Origin: Candidatus Saccharimonadota bacterium
Lineage (GTDB): Bacteria > Patescibacteriota > Saccharimonadia > QS-5-54-17
DNA length: 64,000 nt
NCBI GenBank assembly: GCA_050486185.1
Contig: JBJHCT010000001.1
Coordinates: 82,216 to 146,215, forward strand
Reading direction: 5' to 3'
The notes below the pieces were generated by a model that saw only the letters and a program-made list of their open reading frames with translations, searched no databases and was not told where the DNA came from. Below are positions 9,868 to 19,916 of this stretch, piece by piece. A program made the translations under genes and the position numbers. Positions within the stretch are counted from its first letter, which is position 1, and every line of letters begins with the position of its first letter.

Positions 9868-10893
9868 GTGATGAGCACTAGACGTATTTTAATTTTAGTG
9901 GGAGTGTTGGGTCTGTCGGCCTTTGTTTATGTGTTTTGGTCAGACTTGGCGGAATCAGTAGCTATTATTCGGGCTGTTGAGTGGCAGTACCTACTATTAT
10001 TTATACCCACACTAGCTTTAGTTTACTTTCTTTACAGTCTTTTCTATCAGTCGGTATTAGCTACTATCGGAGCTGCTAAAGTATCACTTACTAGGCTTTA
10101 CAAGCTATCTTTAGCTTCAGCTTTTGTTAATAACATCTTACCCTCAGGTGGAGCTTCGGGTGTATCGTTTTTGGTTGCTGTTTTGCGCCGAGATAATGTC
10201 AACAGTGGGCAGGTTAGTTTCATGCAGATAGCTAGGTATATGGCTGTTTATGCCTCTTATTCAGTACTGCTTCTAATAGCTATCTTTAGCCTGTATCTAA
10301 ACGGTATTGGCAAGCTAGCTACGATTATCGCTATAGCTATAGCTGTAAATATATTTTTGGTCACTGTCTTAGGTATATATATTCTTTACAGCAAAAAGGC
10401 CTTTAACTGGTTCTTTCACTATTTACGAAAAATCGCTGATTTCATTGCTCGACGTTTTAGAAAGGGCAAGAACCTGATAGGAATAGATAGGATGCAGAGG
10501 TTGCTTGATAATTTTCATAGCAGTGCTCAGCAGGCTGTTGAACAAAAAATTTATCTCAAGCAACCGTTTTGGTACGCTTTAGTAGTTAATACTCTAGAGG
10601 TAGCCTTGCTGTATATAGTCTTTCTGGCTTTAGGAGCACCGATCAGTATCGGTATAGTTATCATTGCTTTTGCAGTGGCGAATGGTGCTGGGATTGTTAC
10701 TATCATTCCAGGAGATGTTGGCGTTTATGAGATAGCTATGGTGGCTACTTTGAGCTTGGTAGGTGTGCCTCTAGCAGTCGGCATATCCGCTACCTTAGTT
10801 TATAGGGTGCTTCACAAAGGCTTGATTTTGCCTTTCGGTTTTTACTTCTATAGCCTCTATACCAAGGAGATTGCTGATGCAACCAATACTTAG
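9868..10893 (+). CDS. Lysylphosphatidylglycerol synthase TM / flippase-like membrane protein
   Basis: Multi-TM, NNILPSGG, PGDVGVYE, LVYR. Confidence 0.8.
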   Translation: MMSTRRILILVGVLGLSAFVYVFWSDLAESVAIIRAVEWQYLLLFIPTLALVYFLYSLFYQSVLATIGAAKVSLTRLYKLSLASAFVNNILPSGGASGVSFLVAVLRRDNVNSGQVSFMQIARYMAVYASYSVLLLIAIFSLYLNGIGKLATIIAIAIAVNIFLVTVLGIYILYSKKAFNWFFHYLRKIADFIARRFRKGKNLIGIDRMQRLLDNFHSSAQQAVEQKIYLKQPFWYALVVNTLEVALLYIVFLALGAPISIGIVIIAFAVANGAGIVTIIPGDVGVYEIAMVATLSLVGVPLAVGISATLVYRVLHKGLILPFGFYFYSLYTKEIADATNT

Positions 10894-11992
10894 TGTCTCT
10901 CAGCTAGTCGGTATCGTTAACGATACTTTGGCCGCAACTCTAGCTCAGGTTAGTGTTGAGGGGGAGGTAGCTGGGTATAAAGAGTGGAACCAGCGACTGG
11001 CATTCTTTGATATTAAGGATGAGGATTCATCAGTTAACTGCATGATACCCCTGTCTTATCTAAATACCCCCATAGAAGATGGCATGAAGGTCCGTCTTGA
11101 TGGAGTGCCCAAACTCACTAAAAAGGGACGCTTTAGTTTAAGTGTAGTGACTCTGCGTCCTGCCGGTGAAGGAGCTATAAAGAAGGCCTTTGAGCTACTT
11201 AAAGCTAAGTTAGAAAAAGAAGGGTTATTGGCCGAGGAGCGCAAGAGATCTCTGCCGCTATACCCAACTCGCATCGGTGTAATCACCTCACTAGGCTCAG
11301 CTGCCTATCAGGATTTTCTAAAAATCATCAACACTCGTTGGCTAGGCATGGAAGTTCTAGCCTATAACTCCCAAGTTCAAGGGGATGGGGCGGAAAAGCA
11401 GGTTATTGCAGGTATAGAGTATTTCAATCAGCTGCCTGAGCCGGTTGAAATACTAGTATTGATTCGCGGTGGTGGTAGTCAAGAAGACCTACTGGCCTTC
11501 AATAGCGAGTCGGTAGCTAGGGCTGTAGCTGCTAGTCGCACACCCATCGTTGTCGGCATAGGCCATGAAGTCGATACATCCTTAGCCGAATTAGTAGCTG
11601 ACATGAGGGCCGCTACACCGACCGATGCAGCTAGACTAATCACTCCGGATCGAGACTATATCTTGGATAACTTAGAAAAATCTAACCAAATTCTAGCTAG
11701 GTCTATTCAGGATCTGCTAGTAGATACTAAAGATAATCTGGATGAATATCTAAAGACCTTGAGCGATAGACAGACGAAAGTCTTAACTATGGCTAGAGAC
11801 AAAATAAACTCTTTATCATTTAGGCTATCGAGTTTAAACCCAGAAAATGTTTTGCGTCGTGGCTACGTGATTTTACGTAAAGATAATGTTATTTTACGTT
11901 CAATCGGTGAGATATCTATAGGGGATAGGCTCATGCTACAATTAAGCTCAGGTAATGTTGAAGCAGAGGTGTTAAATGTCGAAAAAAACTAA
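10877..11992 (+). CDS. xseA: Exodeoxyribonuclease VII large subunit
   Basis: RGGGSQEDL, GIGHEVD, ATPTDAA. Confidence 0.95.
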   Translation: MQPILSVSQLVGIVNDTLAATLAQVSVEGEVAGYKEWNQRLAFFDIKDEDSSVNCMIPLSYLNTPIEDGMKVRLDGVPKLTKKGRFSLSVVTLRPAGEGAIKKAFELLKAKLEKEGLLAEERKRSLPLYPTRIGVITSLGSAAYQDFLKIINTRWLGMEVLAYNSQVQGDGAEKQVIAGIEYFNQLPEPVEILVLIRGGGSQEDLLAFNSESVARAVAASRTPIVVGIGHEVDTSLAELVADMRAATPTDAARLITPDRDYILDNLEKSNQILARSIQDLLVDTKDNLDEYLKTLSDRQTKVLTMARDKINSLSFRLSSLNPENVLRRGYVILRKDNVILRSIGEISIGDRLMLQLSSGNVEAEVLNVEKN

Positions 11993-12188
11993 AACTTTTC
12001 AAGAACAACTAGAGGAACTAGAGTCGATTATCGAGTGGTTTGACTCTGGCGATGTCGATATCGACCAAGCAGTTTCCAAATTCAAGGCAGGCAATCAATT
12101 AGTTGAGAATTTAAAAAAACGCCTCAGTGAAGCAGAGAACAAGATTAGTGAGATTAATAGCCAAGCAACCGGTCCAACTCAGGACTAA
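11976..12188 (+). CDS. xseB: Exodeoxyribonuclease VII small subunit
   Basis: FQEQLEELESI...DIDQAV; overlaps xseA. Confidence 0.9.
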   Translation: MSKKTKTFQEQLEELESIIEWFDSGDVDIDQAVSKFKAGNQLVENLKKRLSEAENKISEINSQATGPTQD

Positions 12189-12240
12189 AATTCTTTTGGT
12201 AATCTTGCTAATTACTTATAGCTGATTTAATATATTGCTT

Positions 12241-12888
12241 ATGGATTCAGGCAAGACCCACCATACATCAACAATCGTGATTTCAGTACTAGTATTTACT
12301 ACCGTGGCTTTCTTGGGCCTATCAGCCTGGGCTATTTATAACTATCACCAGGAGCGCAGCAGTGTTGATGAACAGATAGATGAGGCGGTAGCTGAAGCTA
12401 GAGCCGATCAAACAGCCATAGAGGAAGAGCGGTTCGAGGAAGAGCTTAAAAACCCCTACAGAGTCTATTCAGCCCCTAGTGTTTTTGGGGATATTAATTT
12501 AGAGGTGCCCAAAAACTGGAGTATCTATGCTGAGGATGGGACTTCTGGGCGGGTTCAACTAGATTTATTCGTACACCCTGATATGGTGCGTAATAACCGT
12601 AGTGGTAGCAATGACCCATATGCCTTTAGGATGGAGGTTAGGGATGAGTTATACAGCAGCTCCATACGCGGTTTTCAAAGAGATGTAGATAGGGGTAATT
12701 TACGGTCCAACACAGTAGAGGTATCAGGCTTAGAGGGTATTAGATTTGAAGGACAGATCAATAGAGACCAGAGGGGCCATTTAGTAGCTTTACCCTTTAG
12801 AGATAAGACTATCTGGATGTGGAGCGAAGGCTCTAGATATATTAGTGAGTTTAACAAGATACTAGATTTAGCTGAGATAGGGCGCTAG
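12241..12888 (+). CDS. Membrane-anchored hypothetical protein
   Basis: N-terminal TM, coiled coil, extracellular domain. Confidence 0.65.
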   Translation: MDSGKTHHTSTIVISVLVFTTVAFLGLSAWAIYNYHQERSSVDEQIDEAVAEARADQTAIEEERFEEELKNPYRVYSAPSVFGDINLEVPKNWSIYAEDGTSGRVQLDLFVHPDMVRNNRSGSNDPYAFRMEVRDELYSSSIRGFQRDVDRGNLRSNTVEVSGLEGIRFEGQINRDQRGHLVALPFRDKTIWMWSEGSRYISEFNKILDLAEIGR

Positions 12889-12951
12889 TCAGAGTTTCAT
12901 CTCATCTGATTTTCTAGATATCTTAATCCTTGCGCTTGGGGTTTTGCCTTA

Positions 12952-13695
12952 GTGTATATAAAATATATAACTAGGATGGTAAACACTAAGCTGCAAAGAG
13001 ATGATAGTGAGTTGAAGCTGATTACAGCTACTGTACATGAACTCAAAACCCCTCTAACTTTGATTCACGGCATGACTTCTATGCTGGAAACTGAAAGTTA
13101 TGGGGAGTTAAACTTGCAGCAAAAAGAACAGATTAGACATATATCCAAAGCCTCAAAAAGGCTAGGCTTTTTAATAGAGAGCTTAACTCATATAGAGAAA
13201 CTACCTAACTCACAGCGGTTACAGCCGGTCCAACTGCAAAAAGAACTGTTAGCAGTAATTAATGCTCATGAGGATAGAGTTGCAGAAAAAGACATATCGA
13301 TTCGCTATCAGCCCAAGAAAATACCACCAGTCCTAGCTGACCCTAAAAGTATCTATCAGTTATTAATGCATATAGTTAGCTCATCGATTAAGTATTCACC
13401 GCCTGGTAGTAGTATCGATATATCGACCAAGTTATCAGGTGAGTATGTGTCGATGAGAGTTCGGGATAGCGGGGGAGTGATTATGCCCAAGGAAATGCGT
13501 AGTATTAAAGCGAAGTTTGGTCGCCATAGACAACCGATTAGATCTCACTCCGACTCATCGGGCCTAAGCCTCTATATTATTAAATCGATAGTTGAGTTTT
13601 ATGGTGGCAGCTTAAGTGTATCTAGTAGGCCGAACGGTTCATCGATTACTATCAAACTACCGATAAGTGATCAGCTGAGCCTCTTTGAAGACTAA
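12952..13695 (+). CDS. Soluble histidine kinase (HisKA + HATPase, degenerate N and G boxes)
   Basis: HELKTPLT, SSIKYSP, DSG, SGLSL. Confidence 0.85.
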   Translation: MYIKYITRMVNTKLQRDDSELKLITATVHELKTPLTLIHGMTSMLETESYGELNLQQKEQIRHISKASKRLGFLIESLTHIEKLPNSQRLQPVQLQKELLAVINAHEDRVAEKDISIRYQPKKIPPVLADPKSIYQLLMHIVSSSIKYSPPGSSIDISTKLSGEYVSMRVRDSGGVIMPKEMRSIKAKFGRHRQPIRSHSDSSGLSLYIIKSIVEFYGGSLSVSSRPNGSSITIKLPISDQLSLFED

Positions 13696-13776
13696 AAGGG
13701 CTTATATTATCTGCTAGAATGTATAAAAAGGCATCTTGATATTAAGTTAAAATCAAAATAAAGGAGATGTAATCTT

Positions 13777-14145
13777 ATGAGAATACTTTTTGTTGAAGAT
13801 GATGTTGAGATAGGTACTATGTATGCCTCCCAGCTATTATTAGAGGATAACGATGTTGTTCATGTTCGTAATGCTCAAGAAGCTATCGATATACTAGATG
13901 AAGAGGAGTTTGATCTAATAGTTTTAGATATATTACTTCCAGGAAGCAATGGTATAGCGGTATTGCAGGAGCTGCGTAGCTACCGTGATTGGCGACAAAT
14001 ACCGGTCATAGTTCTCAGCAACATTACCCCCGAAGATTTACAGGTTAGCGATAGCAGGCTAGAAGAGCTGGGTGTGAGAAAGTATTTAGTCAAGATGGAG
14101 ACTACTCCACAACATCTAGCCTCAGCCGTAGCAGCTTTAGCTTAA
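13777..14145 (+). CDS. Stand-alone response regulator receiver
   Basis: FVEDD, LDILLP, LSN, YLVK. Confidence 0.9.
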   Translation: MRILFVEDDVEIGTMYASQLLLEDNDVVHVRNAQEAIDILDEEEFDLIVLDILLPGSNGIAVLQELRSYRDWRQIPVIVLSNITPEDLQVSDSRLEELGVRKYLVKMETTPQHLASAVAALA

Positions 14146-14201
14146 AGGGATGAGAAGAAAGGTCGCTTAAAATGCTAAGCCCTCAGGTAGGTAGTTAAGT
14201 A

Positions 14202-14894
14202 GTGAGCAAGAACTATAAAACTACTGGTATTATCCTAACTCGTCGTGATTATGCAGAGGCCGATAAGATCTATACGATTTTAACTCAGCAGCGTAAAGTC
14301 TCAGCTATCGCTAGGGGAGTGCGTAAAAGCCAGGCCAAACTATCATCACACCTAGATTTATTTGCCGAGATAGAGCTGATGTTAATAGAGGGTAAAAAGC
14401 TAGATATCATCACCTCAGCTAGAATAGTTGAACATACCGATATTGCCGAAGATTACGAGAGGTTGCAGACAGGATTTTTGTTTTTAGAGATGGCCGATAA
14501 GCTTACCGATACTGAGGATATTGGTGGGGTTTATGATTTACTCAACCAACACATTAAGCTGCTTAAAGAAATCCCTATATCAGTTTGCGAGCTAGGATTT
14601 AAGCTCAAACTACTATTAGAGCTCGGTCAAAAACCAGATATGAGCTTGCCGGTTTCTGATTCTGAAATTCATAAGTGGGGCTTCGATATAGAGCATGGCC
14701 GGTTGGTAGATGCTAGTTCGGCCCTAGCTATAGCTATGAGCCAAGACGAGATTAAGCTGTGGCGATTAATGTTTGATCAACCTACAGAGTCGGTAGCTAA
14801 AGTAGGTGGTGTAGAAGCAGCAGCTAAAAGCAGCTTAAGGGTCTGCAATCAGTTCATCACCCAACAGTTTGGAGTGAGCTTTAGAGCTAAGTGA
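14202..14894 (+). CDS. recO: DNA repair protein RecO
   Basis: GIIL.R.DYAEADKI, AIARGVRK. Confidence 0.9.
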   Translation: MSKNYKTTGIILTRRDYAEADKIYTILTQQRKVSAIARGVRKSQAKLSSHLDLFAEIELMLIEGKKLDIITSARIVEHTDIAEDYERLQTGFLFLEMADKLTDTEDIGGVYDLLNQHIKLLKEIPISVCELGFKLKLLLELGQKPDMSLPVSDSEIHKWGFDIEHGRLVDASSALAIAMSQDEIKLWRLMFDQPTESVAKVGGVEAAAKSSLRVCNQFITQQFGVSFRAK

Positions 14895-14966
14895 GTTTTA
14901 AGTTAGCCCGCCTATTAACACTTTATTTATATCTCCCACGCTAATCTTTTGTTATACTAACTACTA

Positions 14967-16343
14967 ATGAGTAAAGCTAAAAATAGCGCTAGTTTAGAAG
15001 ATTTAACCTCTCTAGCTAAAAGGCGAGGGTTTATATACCAGGGTAGTGATATCTACGGTGGTTTAGCCGGTACTTGGGATTACGGACCGCTAGGCGTGCA
15101 GCTTAAACGCAATATCGCCAATCTTTGGTGGCAGATGTTTGTTGAATCTAGAGATGATATTTACGGTTTAGACACAGCCATATTGATGAGTCAAAAGGTT
15201 TGGCAGGCCAGTGGACATACCGGTGCCGGTTTTGCCGATCCTTTAGTCGAGGATTTAGTTACTAAAAAACGCTACCGAGCAGACCATCTACTAGAGGATA
15301 ACGGTGTTGAGAATGCTGAAGGTATGAATCTTGATGAAGTTAATCAAGTCATCAAAGAAAAAGACATCAAAAGTCCTGATGGTAATGAGTTGAGCCAGGC
15401 TAGGCAGTTTAATTTGATGTTTGAGACGAGTGTAGGGTCACTGGAAGATGAGTCTAATAAAGTCTATCTTCGCCCTGAAACAGCCCAAGGCATGTTTGTT
15501 AACTTCAAGAATGTAGTCGATAGTATCTATCCGGATCTGCCGTTTGGTTTGGCTCAAATCGGCAAGGCTTTTAGGAATGAAATATCTCCTAGAGAGTTCA
15601 TTTTCCGTACTCGTGAGTTTGAGATCATGGAATTAGAGTACTTTATTCTAGAAGATACCTGGGAGGAATATTTCGAAGGTTGGCGTAAGAGCTTCTATGA
15701 TTGGTGTGAAGCTTTAGGCTTAGATAAGAAACGTATTCACGAAGTAGAAGTTCCTGAAGCCGATAGGGCCCATTATTCTAAGCGCACCATCGATTTTGAA
15801 TATGAGTTTAGTTTTGGTACTAAAGAGATTGGCGCTGTAGCCTATAGGACCGATTTTGATCTTAAAAACCATATGGAGCACTCTGGTGCTAATCTAAACT
15901 ATATCCTTAAAGGTAGCAACGAGAAGGTAGTACCTCACGTGATTGAGCCGACCTGGGGGCTAGACCGCAACCTATTAGCAGTACTAGCTGAAAGCTACTG
16001 CGAAGATGTCCAAAACGGAGAAGCGAGAGCCTACTTGAGTTTGCCAAAAGCTCTAGCACCTATTAAGGTAGCAGTATTTCCACTGCTCAAGAACAAACCG
16101 GAGCTAGTTGCTAAAGCTGAGGAAGTGTATCAACTTCTGCGTCAGCATTTTGGTTCAGTCGTGATTGACGATAACGGCAATATCGGCAAAAGGTATCGTC
16201 GCCAAGATGAGATAGGTACGCCATATTGCGTGACCGTTGACTTTGATAGCCTAGAAGACGGTAGCGTGACTTTGCGAGATAGAGATAGTACCAAGCAAAG
16301 TAGAGTTGCCATCGATGAATTAATTAAAGCTATCGATATATAA
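14967..16343 (+). CDS. glyQS: Glycine--tRNA ligase (alpha2 type)
   Basis: KRRGF, DYGPLG, LRPETAQG, FRNEISP, IGKRYRRQDEIGTP. Confidence 0.97.
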   Translation: MSKAKNSASLEDLTSLAKRRGFIYQGSDIYGGLAGTWDYGPLGVQLKRNIANLWWQMFVESRDDIYGLDTAILMSQKVWQASGHTGAGFADPLVEDLVTKKRYRADHLLEDNGVENAEGMNLDEVNQVIKEKDIKSPDGNELSQARQFNLMFETSVGSLEDESNKVYLRPETAQGMFVNFKNVVDSIYPDLPFGLAQIGKAFRNEISPREFIFRTREFEIMELEYFILEDTWEEYFEGWRKSFYDWCEALGLDKKRIHEVEVPEADRAHYSKRTIDFEYEFSFGTKEIGAVAYRTDFDLKNHMEHSGANLNYILKGSNEKVVPHVIEPTWGLDRNLLAVLAESYCEDVQNGEARAYLSLPKALAPIKVAVFPLLKNKPELVAKAEEVYQLLRQHFGSVVIDDNGNIGKRYRRQDEIGTPYCVTVDFDSLEDGSVTLRDRDSTKQSRVAIDELIKAIDI

Positions 16344-16389
16344 TAAGAGTAAGGGATTTTTCTAAAGTTAAGTAAATAGAGAGGATTTT

Positions 16390-16980
16390 ATGCCTAATAC
16401 AGATAAACAAAATAATCAAAAACCAAAACAGACCCAAAAGCAGCAGCCTCAAGCCAAGGGCAATAACTACGCCTTTATAGATGGTCAAAACTTGAATATG
16501 GGGGTCCAATCACTTGGATGGAAGCTAGATTACAAGAAGTTTAGAGACTACTTGCAGTCCCAGTTCGGAGTTTCAAGAGCCTATATGTTTGTCGGCTTCT
16601 TAGAGGAGCAGCAGGCACTATATAACGCCTTGCAGGAGGCCGGTTTTATACTAGTGTTTAAGCCTTTGATACGACATGGTGATAGTGAGATTAAGGGCAA
16701 TGTCGATGCTGAGTTAGTCTTGCAGACTATGATAGATATCGATAGGTACGATCAGGCCGTGATTATCACCGGTGATGGAGATTTTGCTGGGTTAATTAGA
16801 CATCTCATGAGTGTCAACAAACTAAAGCAGATTATTATCCCCAACAAAGATAAGTACTCCTCATTATTCGATCGATTAGAGGAATTTGATAATAAGCACG
16901 TTACATACATGAGCGATATTCGTAAAAACGTTGAGTATCCTAGCAGAAGGCGGGGCTATTCTAAGTCTAAAAAGGCTTAG
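16390..16980 (+). CDS. NYN (LabA/DUF88) domain protein
   Basis: FIDGQNL, KGNVDAEL, TGDGDF. Confidence 0.88.
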   Translation: MPNTDKQNNQKPKQTQKQQPQAKGNNYAFIDGQNLNMGVQSLGWKLDYKKFRDYLQSQFGVSRAYMFVGFLEEQQALYNALQEAGFILVFKPLIRHGDSEIKGNVDAELVLQTMIDIDRYDQAVIITGDGDFAGLIRHLMSVNKLKQIIIPNKDKYSSLFDRLEEFDNKHVTYMSDIRKNVEYPSRRRGYSKSKKA

Positions 16981-17019
16981 GAGCTAATCAGGTAATTAAT
17001 ATAAGATAAGGAGTTTTAT

Positions 17020-17496
17020 ATGGCGGATACACAGAGACTTTACAGAATCCCTGAAGAAGGCATCATAGCTGGTGTTTGTGCAGGGCTGGGGGATTATTTC
17101 GATATAGACGTGACTTTAGTGAGAGTGGTTTTTGTGGTCATGACTTTTGCTAGTGCTGGCTTTGGAATACTGCTTTACGTGCTACTGGCAATACTAACCC
17201 CAACCAGAGGCTCAGCAGCAGCTAATCAAGCAGGTGGCTCTAAAGATGTTGATGATATCAAAGAGTCATTGCAGGAGATTGGCGATGACTTGCAAGAAGC
17301 AGCCGCTGATGTTAAACGCAGTGTCTCAGCTAATAAAAATAGGTTGCGCAATTACTTAGGAGCCGGTTTAGTGGCTTTTGGTCTATGGCTGTTAGCTAGC
17401 CAGTTTATGCCAGAACTGATTGAAATTAGATGGAACTATATATGGCCTGTGCTATTAATAGCTCTAGGCTTAATGATATTATCAAGGCGTAAGTAG
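17020..17496 (+). CDS. PspC domain membrane protein with LiaF-like tail
   Basis: LYR...IAGVCAGLGDYFDID..LVR; WPVLLI. Confidence 0.88.
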   Translation: MADTQRLYRIPEEGIIAGVCAGLGDYFDIDVTLVRVVFVVMTFASAGFGILLYVLLAILTPTRGSAAANQAGGSKDVDDIKESLQEIGDDLQEAAADVKRSVSANKNRLRNYLGAGLVAFGLWLLASQFMPELIEIRWNYIWPVLLIALGLMILSRRK

Positions 17497-17544
17497 TTTG
17501 AATTAACTAGCAAAAAAAGTATTAGAAAGGAAAGTAGGTAGTGT

Positions 17545-18495
17545 ATGGATAATCAAGATAACCAGGAGAAACCAAAGGCAACTTTTACTACTAGAGCAGC
17601 CGGTTTCATTATGAGTCTAAAGATTGGTCGTCTATTTTGGGGCGGCTTCTTATTATTAGTGGGTACTTTAGCGCTACTGAATAACTTCGATCTAATGGAA
17701 GTGAGGTTCGGTAATCTATGGCGTTTGTGGCCACTAGTAATCGTAGCGATGGGTCTATCGGTACTATCACTTAAAGGCTTGATGGCCAGGTTACTTGCGA
17801 TTCTTTTTGTGCTACTAGCTTTGGCAGGTATATTCATAATGAGTGTTGCCGATGCACAAAGCGGGGAAAATAGAGTTACTACTGCCTCTGTGTCGGTACT
17901 TGATGATATCAATAGCTACGTAGTGTCTTTTAGCGGCGGGGCTGGCTTGATAGATATCTCTAGTCAGTCCCAAGACAATCTTGTAGAGGCTTCTTTAGAT
18001 AGTAATTTTGCAGAGTTAGAGTATGTAACTTCCCAAGAAGGTACTCTGCAGCTAATCGATTTAGAGGCTAAAGGTTCTGAGCGATGGTGGCTAGGTGATT
18101 GGCGCAGCGATTTTAAACTGACACTTTCAGAGTCTATGCCACTTAATTTGAGATTAGATGTTGGTGCTAGTGATATATCGGCCGATTTAAGCAATCTGCA
18201 GGTTGAGAGATTAGACGTTAATGCTGGAGCTAGTAGCATGGATATAACTTTAGGTGATTTAGCAGATAGACTAGATTTCAATCTCAACGTCGGTGCTAGC
18301 TCAATAGATATACGGGTTCCTGAGAGTGTGGGGGTGAGGGTGTCGCTATCTAGCAGTCTAAGTGAGACTAGACTACCTAATCTAGTTGAGGTTAGTGATG
18401 GAGTTTATGAAAGTAGCAACTACGCTGAGGCTGCTCAAAAACTTAACATCAGTGGTAGTAGTGGGGTTTCTAGTCTAAAACTAACCTATTATTAG
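17545..18495 (+). CDS. LiaF/DUF5668-like membrane protein with beta-repeat C-terminus
   Basis: LWRLWPLVIV TM region; repeated L.VGAS beta motifs. Confidence 0.75.
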   Translation: MDNQDNQEKPKATFTTRAAGFIMSLKIGRLFWGGFLLLVGTLALLNNFDLMEVRFGNLWRLWPLVIVAMGLSVLSLKGLMARLLAILFVLLALAGIFIMSVADAQSGENRVTTASVSVLDDINSYVVSFSGGAGLIDISSQSQDNLVEASLDSNFAELEYVTSQEGTLQLIDLEAKGSERWWLGDWRSDFKLTLSESMPLNLRLDVGASDISADLSNLQVERLDVNAGASSMDITLGDLADRLDFNLNVGASSIDIRVPESVGVRVSLSSSLSETRLPNLVEVSDGVYESSNYAEAAQKLNISGSSGVSSLKLTYY

Positions 18496-18578
18496 CATTA
18501 TCTTCAAGGTTGAAGTTTGCAATATGTGTATGACATTTGCTAATATAAGCCGTAAGAATTAAAAGGGGACAAATAAAA

Positions 18579-18872
18579 ATGTCAGTAGTTAAAGTAATCG
18601 GCTTACAGCATCCAAACTCTGAAAATGTACAGATTACCCTAAGTGCAGATGGTAGTGTAGATATACCAAGTTTGGGCGTGTCTGGCTCCGGAACTTTAAT
18701 GGCCGGTTTTACTAACTGGTCAGACTATTACACCGATAATAGTCCAACAATAGACTTTGGTGGTCTATCGGAGAATGTTGACTTCTCTAATGAATACTTT
18801 CCCAAGAACAAAATAGACTTTGCTCTAGGTAATGCAGAGACTGACTTTGGTACCGAGCTACCAGCAGCATAA
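18579..18872 (+). CDS. Small protein with phage-fibre-like HP motif and xDF repeats
   Basis: LQHPNSENVQITLSADGSV resembles N-terminal repeats of 29423..30805; IDFG/VDFS/IDFA/TDFG. Confidence 0.6.
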   Translation: MSVVKVIGLQHPNSENVQITLSADGSVDIPSLGVSGSGTLMAGFTNWSDYYTDNSPTIDFGGLSENVDFSNEYFPKNKIDFALGNAETDFGTELPAA

Positions 18873-18910
18873 TAAAGCCAATTATTTAAGTAACTAACCT
18901 AAATAAAGAG

Positions 18911-18940
18911 ATCTTGCAAATAACAGTTGCAAGATTTTTT
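18911..18940 (+). terminator. Intrinsic terminator
   Basis: ATCTTGCAA-N7-TTGCAAGAT + T tract. Confidence 0.75.
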
Positions 18941-19040
18941 ATTGAGGCCTTTTGCATATAGCGTAAGCCTTATCTCTGCACACTCTATATAGCAAGGAAA
19001 CGCTTATGTTCGGTAAAAATTCGTCTGTATAAGTATAGAC

Positions 19041-19087
19041 GTGGGTAGGTGTGGGGTAGTATATTGGACTCAGTGGGTAGCAGTGGG
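19041..19087 (+). promoter_or_regulatory. MraZ operator (GTGGG direct repeats) over dcw promoter
   Basis: GTGGG at 19041, 19051, 19073 and 19083 (two pairs with 10-bp period) upstream of mraZ. Confidence 0.8.
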
Positions 19088-19133
19088 TAAGAAGCCCACC
19101 TTAAGCAACTCAAGAAAAAATTAAAAAACTATT

Positions 19134-19496
19134 ATGACACGATTAGATTATTTCCAACGTAGACTCGATGATAAGAACCGGTTAACCATACCGGCCGAAG
19201 TTCGTTCAGAATTTCAAGGCGGGGAAGTGGTTATAACCCGAGGGTTTGGCCAGTACTTGCATCTATACAGTCAAAAAACTTGGGAAGAATCTATGGAATC
19301 AGCTTTAGCTGGTGATATTTTAGATGAAAAGGTAGCTGATCTTAACGTTAAGTTTCGAATCGGTAAGCAAGATACCAATCTAGATAGCAAGCAAGGCCGT
19401 GTCACAATCGATCAGCAACTCCTAGATTATGCCGGTATTAGTAAAGATGTTATGGCAGTTCGAGTCGGCAAATACTGGAGATTGATGAGGCCCTAA
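19134..19496 (+). CDS. mraZ: Division/cell wall cluster repressor MraZ
   Basis: LDDKNRLTIP, ITRG, DSKQGRVTI..QLLDYAG. Confidence 0.92.
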   Translation: MTRLDYFQRRLDDKNRLTIPAEVRSEFQGGEVVITRGFGQYLHLYSQKTWEESMESALAGDILDEKVADLNVKFRIGKQDTNLDSKQGRVTIDQQLLDYAGISKDVMAVRVGKYWRLMRP

Positions 19497-19916
19497 ATAC
19501 CAAAAGCTAAAGAGCATATGGGGCAAACACTTAAAACTTAGTAATCAAACTTTTGATTGGCACCTTTAAAAAACAAAAACAAAAAACTATGCAAGCGAGA
19601 TCATCTATGTGGCAGTCAGCGGGTGATTTTTTAGGGTTAGATAACACCCTTATCAACAAACCCTCGCACTTCAAATCTCCAAAAACAACAACTCCACCTC
19701 ACACGTCTCTCTTTTTGAAGGAATTATTCTAATTCCTTACTATTTACAACCCTCCCCTGATTTATCAGGAGACGGGGTTTAATCTTTTGCTACATCTTTT
19801 GCAAAAGAGCAGTTACAGGTGCTATGCTGATTTTATCAGCACAGATTCTCCAGTAGCTAAACAAAAATAAAAACTAGACAAAACAAAAAGTTGACTGCTA
19901 CTTAGGTGATCTTGAT

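Noticed and set aside
19041-19090. CRISPR or novel repeat
   Set aside because: Short GTGGG repeats are explained as MraZ boxes; no CRISPR array or cas genes seen anywhere in the window.
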